Below are positions 51,501-62,200 of a stretch of DNA of 64,000 bases, piece after piece; within the stretch, counting starts at the first letter, position 1, and each line of letters begins with the position of its first letter. The notes under the pieces are model-generated. The model saw only the letters and a program-made list of their open reading frames with translations. It was not told where the DNA came from and ran no database searches. The translations under genes were made by a program, and so were the position numbers. The DNA comes from Schizochytrium sp. TIO01. Its lineage: Eukaryota > Protista > Bigyra: Labyrinthulomycetes. The stretch is from assembly GCA_004764695.1 (NCBI GenBank), contig SMSO01000025.1:124001-188000 (forward strand), given 5' to 3'.

Positions 51501-54500
51501 TGTCACCATCTCATGAAGAAAGACGCGCGGGCGGATATCTGCCGACAAGCGATTGTAAAGCGCCATGAGCCCCTTCGTAAAGTAGAAGATGAGTTTGACG
51601 CAGCGGCTCTCAGATGCAACACCAAGCAGTTTCTCTAGCATACCGCTGTTGGTGCGGCCAGTAAGACGCACAAAGTAGAAGGTAGAGACAGACATTTCGG
51701 CACGGCGGGAAAGGCGATCAGCAATGCTCCAAAAGTTACTTGGTTCCACGTCAAGATCTTCACATGAAAATTTGGTTCGGGAACTCAATAGGTCGTGCAA
51801 ATGACCCCACATGTCATCTGTAGCTAGCACAGCTGTTGCAGGTGCGCCTGAAGACCGACCTGTAATGAGCGCTAGAGCAGCCTCGCGCGCTGCAAGCTCC
51901 TCAATACTCATGGTGTCGTGCGGTGTCAGAATTGACTCCCACACCTCGTGCACTGGGCCCTTAAATATTTCCGGCGCAACCGAAACAAGCGATGTCACGG
52001 ACATGCAATTGAGGATGAGCTGATTTGACTTTAGTTTTTCATAGACAATCTCCACGGGGGGCACGGCATCGTTCTTCTCTTTGACGCTGATGAAGATAGA
52101 GAGGACCTGAGCTAGTGTCTCAGCAGTCTCTACGTATGCAGTCTTAGCATAGCGGTGCAAAAGACCTGCGAGCTCATGTCTCTCTGACAGAGTAGTGTCA
52201 AAGTCGAGGTACGTGGCAGGCAAGAGAACGAGGTAGCGTCGAAAACTAAGATTGTCTTGGTTTGGGGCAACACTACTGCGCGGGAGCACGGCCAGTGAAG
52301 GAAGGCGCATGCCTTCAACCTCGACTTTCCCGGGTTGCGACAGAGAGATGAGAAATCGACGTTCGCAGCTTTCTTCGAGCGATCGATATGCGGAGTGCTC
52401 CTTCCTACGTACATCATCCTCTTTAGATGGTGTGGAGTCCATCTCAAGCAGAATATGAGTAAAATGCCGAGCCTGGATGTGCTGCGATGTATGTTGCGTT
52501 GTACCCTGATGCTGTCGATGCTGCTGAAACCCGTCATGACCTTCAAAAGAGTCACCACTGGAGACGAGAGACCTTACCATGGCGTTCTCGCGACTTCCCA
52601 TAGAACCTGGCGTTGGCGAGCGAGGCGTGGTGGGATCCTTAAGCTGGGTTATCGCAGAAGTGCCATCGTGTTGAGCTCGTGACGTACGCACAGCAAGTTG
52701 CGGCGGCTCTGCAAATATGCGTTCAAGCGGAGACGAATCTGCTGCGTGTACGCCGGTGGGAACAAACTCATAAAAGACAAGAGTGTCGCGCTCCTCGCGA
52801 ATCGGAAGCACTGAGTTGAAAATCTTGTCACGCGCTACCTCGCAGAGCTCGTCAGGAATTCGCGAATACAGACCATCAAGGCGGGCTCCAACTTCTGTAA
52901 TCTTTTCGCCAGCATCATCGTCAGTCACGCTGAGGCAGCGTGAAACAAAGGGTGCCTCATTACCTGAAGCAAGGCGCGCTCCGTGTTCACTAAATGCACG
53001 GTAGCCAATGACGAGAACGATGCGCTCAGCTTCTCCATCTGCTTGGTCACGTGTCTCAATGTGCGGGTCTTGCGCAGCCGTCAGACAGGAGCTCAATGCT
53101 GATGCTTCACGCAAGTCCATCAGACGCTGCTTCTTGGAGCAATACTGGCGCAGCTTGGGCGTGAAGGTGTCTTTGCTAGTGCCTTCTTCCATTGCTAGCT
53201 TTTCATCCTTGCGATTGAGAAGATTGAAGATATCCGGCTCACCAGAGTCTGGCAGAATGGCCTGCACGAAGGCATTTACGATCGGTCGTGTCCGATCAAA
53301 CCATTTTTTCTCTGCTTTGACAAGCGCAAGGCGCCGTTTTAAAGAAAGTGCGGCGGCCTGTGGCTGGGCACTGCCCTTTTGTAAGCTGTCACGGTGCCAT
53401 TTGTCCAAAGGGGTGAGCTTTGCCCCATGCCTAGGGTCCACAAAGACGACTTCGTTGCCATTCTCCTGGGTCTGTGTGACGCTTCGCCTTAACGCATCGC
53501 AGAACACACGCTTATTACGCTGAAATTTGTCTATGGTTGCATCAAGAAGGTGTCTGGTCCACTCAGCTCTTTGGTCGGGGCCATCATCATCGAGCTTCCG
53601 CTTAATATCTTCGAGGCAAGAGCTTGTCTGCTTGTCGCACACTTTGCTAAGCTCTGAATCGCAAATTCTGCGGAGAAATGCACTGAGCTCCGAAGGATCG
53701 TAAACTCGCAGGCGCATCATGGGAATGATGAAGCCGAATTCTGCCTCATCTCGAAGTCGATGCAGCAACTCATCAGGCTTACACCCTCGCAGTTCCTCGA
53801 GGAGATTGGAAAGTTCATGACGCTCTTCAAGCTTGCGTAGCACGCTTACGATCATCGAGTCACTCTCGCCAAATAGAATCCTCTAACATACTGACTAGAT
53901 TTTCTTCAGTAATAACGCACTCATATTCCGATCCGTCGTTATTCTGGCGTTTCCTCGCTACGAGTTTTCCACCGAGCCAGCGAAGACACGCGTATCCAAC
54001 CTGACCACGCCCTGCTAAACCCAACCACGTGTAGCGCTTGAGCTTGCTCAGCGCTGATACGGGCTCGAACACAAGGTCTTCATAGTCCACGGCGCGCAAC
54101 TTCTCGCTCCAGAGGTCAAGCCGTTTCTCCCAAGTGAGGACAACGGTGTCATTATCCGGCTTGATTTCTTCATACCAGTTATCAATAGTCTCCGGTGTTA
54201 CATTAGAGTCCATGTAGTCCTCAAAGAGGGAGTCATCACTATCAAAGTAGTCTTCTTCATCTGTTTCATGATTTCTAGCAAGCTTCTCAACTTCAGACCC
54301 CTTGCGCTCCTCTTGCTGCCTCCCTTTTTCCTCTAGCAGAGATGTGTCGTCGCCTTCATCATCCTCATCCCCTCCATCATCGGTTCCATCATCGACATTT
54401 GCATCTGCGTTGGTGTTTCCATCAACCTTAGCATCGACATCACTATTTTCTTCTTCTTCTCCCTCTCCCACGCTCGCTGCAGGCGAGTCGGACCTGAAGT

Positions 54501-54579
54501 TGGACTCGGACTCGGACTCGGACTCGGAGTTCTCTTCGAGCAGCTGCGCTAGCGCAAGCTGGTCCCTGTTCGTTGCCAT
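42540..54579 (-). CDS. Giant (~4,010 aa when joined) P-loop NTPase protein of unknown family, in five ORF pieces separated by four net +1 frameshifts
   Basis: ORFs 54579-53860, 53855-47631, 47614-44846, 44913-44695 and 44627-42540 have overlapping open frames at each junction. Good Kozak context (gccATGG). The last piece has Walker A IVLLVSPPGAGKS and Walker B MFLVVDEYH. Confidence 0.75.
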
Positions 54580-56209
54580 GGCACGCCTCGCGTCGTCTCG
54601 CTTCGCTTTCTGTCAGTTCGGCGCTCGTGCGGCAGAAACGAGATAGCTCGCTGCCACTAGCGCAGCGCAATCGGAGAGGTCCTTCGCCACACGCACTGCC
54701 ACTAGCGCAGCGCAACTGGAGCAGTCTTTCGCCAAACGCAGAGTAGGCACAGCTCAGAGCGAATCAGAGCGAATCGGAGCCACGAAACTCTGGTTGACGT
54801 GATCTTGAGACTCTTCAATTTGGTGCGTGGTGCTGTGATCGCGACGTGTTGGATATGGGGACCTTGCTGATGAGGTTGCAATGCTCGCTTGCGTCCATAC
54901 GAAGATCGTGATGGTCAGGTCGCCTAACACATGAATCGGGCAAGTGATGTGTGCTCTTCTTTTATCAATTTCGATTTGATTTGGTGTTTGTTTCCTTTTA
55001 TGACAGACCTAAAGCAGATACACAGTTTTCATTATTTTTATCATTCTTTATATATTAAAAATAAATAAATAATGTGTATACAGGTCAAGGTTCTCTACAC
55101 GTTTCTTTTCTTTTTTCTTTTTACGTTTTACTGTTTTTGTTTTAAAACTTTAAAAAAGAAAAGATAAAAAGCTTTTAAACTTTGGAGTTCCTCACAAGAG
55201 CTTATAAAAAAAGTCTACCTAAGTAGTGAAAATCATACCTCTACCTATATCTAAGCTTAAAATAAAAACTTCAGACACTTCTTTTAAAGCTTTGGAGCGA
55301 CCTTACAGATGTTATGGTATTTACTAACCCCGAACCAACAGATATACATTTTGTAATTTGTTTTTTAAATTTTTAAATGGATTATAGGTACTATTCAGCA
55401 TACCGTTTTTAACCCACCTTTCTGAATTTCTATTTTAAAACCAAGGACAAAGACTAAGAATATGATTATATTATATTTGAGATTTCAAAAAAGATAAGAA
55501 AAAAGATCGGGTTAGTACCTATATAAGGATAATGCTACTCCTGTCCGCGCTCTCGTATATTATTAAATACCGCTTCGTCTCGTACTAGCTATCTGTTAGA
55601 GTAATAAGTAGCATTTTGCATCCTTTGAAAAGTTAGTTTTGCTTCATTAATTTGCTTCATTAATTTTTAATTTTAATTTAAATCAATTTTGAATCGATTT
55701 ATCTTTGCAAATAAGTAAATAAAATAAACAGAACAGAACCTCCTAATCACTTTTCGGCGCGTGAAATCAAAGTCAAAGCAGATCACCCATGCCCTCAGAG
55801 TTGGATCCATACCAAGGTCAGGTGGAAAGAGACTTCTTCATACTCCTACCAACCAGGTGAGGTCCATCACGACGCCTCGACTTGCGTATGTTTTGATATG
55901 ATCGATCTCATTGATCAATTTGCTTGCGTTGCTTGTTTTGCTCTTATTTGCTTTTATTTGACATTCACCAAAAGTAGAAAAGAGTGGAAGTACATAATTA
56001 TTGACTAAGAGAGCGAATGGAAATGACTCTGATGGAGGATCGCGGCAAAGACTAAACCGCGAGGAGACAGGCGACCTCGACGGTGATGCGACCTGCAGCA
56101 GGTCGTGAAGACGTGCTCGTGAGGGCACGGGGGCGCGTCGTCTCGGCTGTGTTACGTGCGATACACGCAGAGCGCAGGCGGGAAAGACATCAATCAGCTT
56201 AGGAGCACC
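54580..56209. promoter_or_regulatory. Divergent (putative bidirectional promoter) region with AT-rich core
   Basis: Lies between the start codons of two head-to-head genes. AT-rich from about 54960 to 55740, with GC-richer flanks. Confidence 0.5.
54651..54740. repeat. 45-bp imperfect tandem duplication just upstream of the minus-strand giant gene
   Basis: CTGCCACTAGCGCAGCGCAA...TTCGCCA.ACGCA at 54651 and 54696. Confidence 0.85.
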
Positions 56210-59200
56210 ATGGTATGGATCGTCTTCACCAGCCCCGAAGGGCTCGAGGCCGCGGGGGAAGACGGCGTGGCCGTGCAGTTTATGAAAGAGGAACTGGAGG
56301 AAGCCAAGGAGGTTACAGTGTACCGCCGCGAGTCCCTTGTCCGGGGAGAGTCCCTTGTGTTGGTCAAGGTGTCGGTCGCCATATCCAAAGGGATGTTTTC
56401 TGAGGTCTTTGGATCAGTCAAAGGTTTCTTGAAGAATGCTGTGGGTGTCTCTGCGAAAGAGACTATCGAAGTTTCTATAGATACCGGAGCTGAACATCCG
56501 TGTCAACTTCAGATTCCTGCCAAGAGCCTGAGTGCGAAAGAACATGGTTTAATATGTTTTGTGGGTGGTAGCACCCTTGGGGACTATCTTCGATGCGTTT
56601 ATTTCATTGCGACGATCGAGGAGAAGGAACCGTTCAACATTTTCAACAAGTATGAGGGAAATCTAGAAAGGGAACATGCAAAGGTATCTGAGGTCTTGGC
56701 TTCGTACGGCAAGTGGGAAACTAGCTTGCCATGGGATCTCACCACTCCCGAGGACCATTTCCGTGCATCAAAGGCCCTTTCGAAAATAGAATGGAATTCT
56801 GCTGCTCAAACTCATCTAGATTCCCTTGTCAGAAGTTTGAGTCAAAAACAGTATATAGATAGAAATTTGGAGCGTCTAAGCCGCGGGGCACCATGGTGGC
56901 TGATGCGCAACACGATTTTGGCCGCCTTGTTTAAGGATATTTTTAGTGTTCCAGTTCTTGATGACGAGAACCGAGTCGCGCCTGATTCACACGAAGCTGT
57001 CTTAGAGGAGGCTATTGAAGTCGCATGCTCAATTGGTGCTCTTGCAATGAGCCATACGTGGTCTCCTCAACGCTACTTAACCGGCAATATCGTTTATGGA
57101 GCATTGCTCTGCATTACGCTGCCGACTATAGAAATTCTGCCGGACCTGCCAGACCTAAATGATCAGCAAATTCAACTTGCCAGGAAATTAGAAGTAAAAA
57201 TTGCGATTCGTTCAGAGCCTGCACAACAAAGGTTTCTCTCATGGATACGGCGGGCGGTGGTCATATCGGTGCCACTTAACCTTGCAATTGACAACTGTTT
57301 GGAATTCTTTAATGGCGACGTAGACGATCTTATTGCTAAGCGTGTAGAATTCCGTATGCAAAAATGGCGAGAAAAGGAATACAATTTTGAGCTCCTTGAA
57401 GGGTTCGTTGTGAATGAGATCCCGCCTTCACTGAAGCTAAAAATTGCGCTTCTCATGTTTCGATTGGCTTCAGATAAAGGTGACGCATATCATCTCCTTT
57501 GCATTGTGATAAATCCCCTTTGTGCCAGTTCTAGTCCCCCTTTACATGTAACCCGAAAAAAAGCAATACAAATGCTGGCGCAAAATGAGGCAACTGTATT
57601 TCTTGACGCCTTGTCGAAGCTTTCTTTGCAGTCCAAACAACGCATGGCGAAAAAAGTTAATTGGAAAGAGGCTGTAGATTCTTTTACAAAGTTGAGCACA
57701 TCCACCCTTCCACTTCTTCTATCCTTTGGGCAGGTACGCCAATGCATAGAGAACGAGGACTACATTCGCTTTGTTTGTACTGTGATGTTTAATTGTCCCC
57801 ATAAGGCAAAGGAGGCGGAAGTGCTTTCTCTCCTCCGACCAAACGAACAAAGGCAACTCAGAGACCTTTTCAAGGATATTCATCTCCTGATTGATATCTG
57901 CAGTGCGTTGAGCAAATTACCAGCTAACGAACGTCCTGAACGAGCACTCTCGGTCTTTGCGGGTGCATTCAAAAACCAAACGCGTTCCTTGAGCCAAGTG
58001 TCGGGGTGGTGCGCGGATTGGTGTGATGACCGCACTGCCTCAAAAGTAAATGTTCACATTCTTATCACAGAGCATTTCAACCAGAGTAGCCTTCAGCAAG
58101 GAGCTAAGCTTGCCCAGGATGGCATAACGATGCTGCAAGAGCGAGGCGAGCGTATGAAAGCCCTCCAATCGTATGTAAACTCAAATTTACGAGGGCATAT
58201 TAGTGAAGAAATTCGAGAAGACCTTTCCGAGCACCTGAAGTTGTATTCAGACAAGATAATGGAATTCCCTAGCGAAGACGCTGGGGTACACCAGCTTGAG
58301 AAGCTCAAGGCTTTCCAACGCCATGAAGGAGCAATTGCCGCAGACTCGGTATGGTTTCATCATGCAGCTGCCCACCTCGCTTCACAGTCTGGAGACGGAT
58401 TGCGCAATGTTGAAGATCTATTTGAGCTAGTTGGAAACGCTCTTGCCAAGGCACACGCAGATGTTCTCGAAGCTTTGAATGGACAGAGTATGTGCACGGT
58501 GCTAGATCTTATATTAAAGACTACCATCGAAAGAGAAGAAAACGCGCTCCGTGCGATACTTGCATCAAATCCTGATACTAAGGACGATGAAAACGTCAAA
58601 AACGTCAAGCGCCTAGCGCGTCTCTCGGTGGCTACAATTCCTATACTTGCAGACGTTCGCAAAACACCATCACGCCTTCACAAACTCATCGCAAAATTCC
58701 TCGAAAATCTGGATAGCTCCGCTCCATCTGGATCATGGATGCAGAAATATGGGGACGAGGGTCAGGCTCTTCAGTGGTTTGGGGAAAAAAGCCTCGATAC
58801 CTTCGTGCAGGATGGCGAAATGGTATTACAAACTCTTCCTGTTGAAGAGTGGCCTAAACTTATGCATGTAGAAGCCGAGAGCGCAGGGATACAGGCACTC
58901 CTTAGTATTCGCTTAACGGATGGAAAAGAAACCCTTGATCAGATGCTTGAACAGCTGCGCTCAGCGACACTGGTCCAAGACCCGCGACTAACACCTAGCG
59001 CGCGCCTTCTTTCAGAGATTTGCCATCGTTTAGATGGATTAAGCCCCCGGGGCAAGCCCAAGGATGCTGTAAAGGAAATTGTCAGCCTCGCTCGACTCTT
59101 GGCACAGTCCAAAGTGCGGGATTCATCTGTTTTGGGGCTTGTTAGTCTACTGAAACTAGGAGATTCTAAGCCGGAGACTTTGCTTAACCAGAATCTCCAG

Positions 59201-62200
59201 GCTCTTCAGGATGCCCAACTCGAATTACGTGTCGCTCGTCCAGGTAACGCCCTCCATAAAAATGAGTTGTGCAATGCTCCACACCACACGCATGGCGTCT
59301 GTGTGCAGGTGATTGCTGCCAAGGGGATGGAGTTTCGAATGATGGGCCATGGGCTCTCCTTGCATGAGTTAGGATGCATGGAACTCCCTGATATGGTATC
59401 ACAACTCCTTATTTACACCGGTAGCTCTGGGTCCAAGTTTAACGCAGCAAGAATCGCTCTCTTTATATCCCGTGTGCAACGTGCACGCGAACTAGGCGAC
59501 CGCTTGCACCATGCCATGCGCATTAACTTTGGTTTCCAGGGTACGAAGGAGGAATGGGGTGAGGTTATTGTCAAGAATACTGGCACTCTTCGAATTGTCT
59601 GGCGATATGCTATTCCCCAAACAGTTAGTGCTGAAACGGACGTTGACGATGCTCAAGAGACGCTTCTTCCGAGCACTATCCTTGCTGAGAAGATGCGAAT
59701 TAGGCGAACCTTGGAGGCCAGTGTCCCTTGGATCCTTCGTCTACGCCGTCGGAGCGTTGCCTGGAACGAAGCCGTGGCCTTGGAGGCTGTTCTGGCGGAT
59801 CCAGACTCAGCACGGGCGGCTCTTCGAGACCTTCACGCATTGAGAGCCCAGCACGACGAAGACGTATCAAGAGCACTGCGACTAGTGAACCAAGCCTTAC
59901 AGCACAAGTCCGTTGTAAGCAGGGAAAGCGAGCCGGTACAAGTCCAACCACGGTCTCTTGCGCCTGTAATTTTATTTGAATGGGACAACAAGTTAGCCAA
60001 AGCAAGTGCAGCGCAAGGAGGCATAAGTCTCGCTCATTGGGCTACGAGAGCAATGAATCTCATTGGTGCTGGATCGGCGACTACCTTCATCGCAATTGAT
60101 GAGTCATTTTCAGATCTCACTCTCGATGCGCTGCTGGTGGGTCTTCGTGAAGCTACCAAGACGCCAGATCGTGCAGGGTATTGTCTTGCGAATGCCAATG
60201 GGTTAGTAATTGTCGGTCTTGATTTGCTGCCTCTCAGAAAACAACTCACAGTCTACGAGGCGTGCGCACATTATGCTCGAGCAGTTAGGAAGGTTGAAGG
60301 GAAAATCCCAGTTCCGGTGCTTGTCCTTTTAACCAGTAGGTCCATAAACCTAGACGAAGAAACCACTCGAGCAATCTATCGTGTGGTGCCTGGATCTGCG
60401 GATGGAATTTTTGCAACTCTATGCGAGCAGGGTAGGCTATCACAAAAACTACGCGTCCAACGTATTAAGGAAAAATCACTTGTGTTTCGTGCTGCGGGCA
60501 TCGTAACAAGTGGGAAGCGTGTGTTGCTTCGCAAAGGCATGACAATCGCAGAACTTACTTCCGAGCTACGAGATGCCTCGAAGAATGCAGCGACAAGCTT
60601 ACGATCGGCTAAAATGCTAGTTTTAGACTGCTACGAGGATGCTTTCGAGATCTTTGAGTCTGCTCTTGGCGTCGCCTTGGTTGGGCTGTTCAATGCTCGC
60701 GTCGTTGGCGCCGAGTCTCAAAGTCGACCCTTGGTGTTCTCCCAGAAAGGTGATGTGGAGCTGATATTAGAGATTCCTGATGAATTAAATCTGCCGTTTA
60801 ATGCACGTAAGCTCAAAGATCGGTCGGATAAGTGGGTATCAATTTGCTGCGCCTGCACAACAGTCTGAGGCTACAGAGCAGGCTGCGGCTCGGCTCGAAG
60901 AGCTGGCGGAGCAAGCCATTCAACGTCACATCGACGAGTCTGATGTTCATGAAGCCCTGTGTTGCGTACCGCGGAGAGGTCAGCAGAGGCTCCCGTTTGT
61001 GTACACCTCGGCATCATTAAAGGCGATGGCAAAGGCAGTTCGGTCAATTCCCTTCTAGACCCGGAAGAGAAAATGAAATGGGTCACGCGGTAGTTCTGGC
61101 GGGCGATACAGGTACGGGAAAGACCTATTTGTGCATGAAACTTCATGAGCTCTTGGTGAGCTCAAAACTCTGGCGTGTTAATGATCTTCTCCGTATTTGG
61201 TCGTTTTCAGCGGCTTTTGGTCATCGTGAGGTGCAAGCCTTGAATGCAATGATCTGCGAGGATGCGCGAACTGAACATCAAAGGAAAACGAAGAGAATCT
61301 GGAACTTTGCAATTTTGGACGAGGTGACGGCAAGTCCCGCGCAGAGTTCCATTGAGCAGCTTGTCCGCATGCAAGGTCACAATGATCGTACACAAACCGA
61401 TCGCGTTGAGCGGGAAGATATTACCTCGTGTCCCTTGTTTCTCGTAACGTGCAATCCTGACCCTCTTCGTGACGAGGTTTTCCCACTTGCAAAAACTATG
61501 CGATCGGTTCAAATCAGTCTCGAGCGTCCTCCGTTAGATTCCATGGCCTCTTTTGTGCGGGCCAACTTTGCACGATTTGCGTCCAGAGTCGATGCTGACG
61601 TTGCGACCAGAATTTACCTTATCGTTGCCAAGGCCTTTGAAAGTCAAAGTAGAAGGAATAAAACTGAGTATGGTGTTTTGAGTGCACGTGATGCAGCTCA
61701 ATGCGCGGCCATTGCTGGTGCCCTAGACAGCAGTCAAGAGTGTCTTCAAGCAATTGCACCAGGAAGTTCATCAGTGCATGCTCTGATTCTTGCTATCTAC
61801 CTTGTGATGGGAATCCGCATGGTTCCTCGCAATGATTTCTACACAAGTTTGGAGCAGGAAGAAACTATATTTGAGACAGAAAGATCGTGGAGTAGTTGGT
61901 TTGATGGTGTACGAGACTGTATTACAAAGGCCTATGAAGTTCCTTCGACTATCGTCCCGACTCTCGCTTTCAAGGAAAACCTGTTGGTGCTCACCTTGGG
62001 TATGTTAACCAGGCAACCAGTTCTCCTCCTTGGTAACGACGGGATGTCCAAAAGTCTCTCAATTAAACTGACCATGCGACAGATGCGAGGCAGCCTCTCT
62101 GCAAAGGGCCTTCTTAGAGATCATTTCCCACGAGTGCAGTCTTTTGCTTTGCAATTTTCCCCTAGGACCTCCGCAGGTCTGGTTCGCCAACTTGGAAACG

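Noticed and set aside
53860-53895. GTATGT donor-like site at the first frameshift of the minus-strand giant
   Set aside because: No nearby AG gives a phase-compatible intron of plausible length.
54840-55900. Faint inverted similarity between the two promoter flanks (TCGTGATGG and neighbours)
   Set aside because: Matches are 9 bp or shorter and cannot be told from chance. No terminal inverted repeat or target-site duplication is evident.
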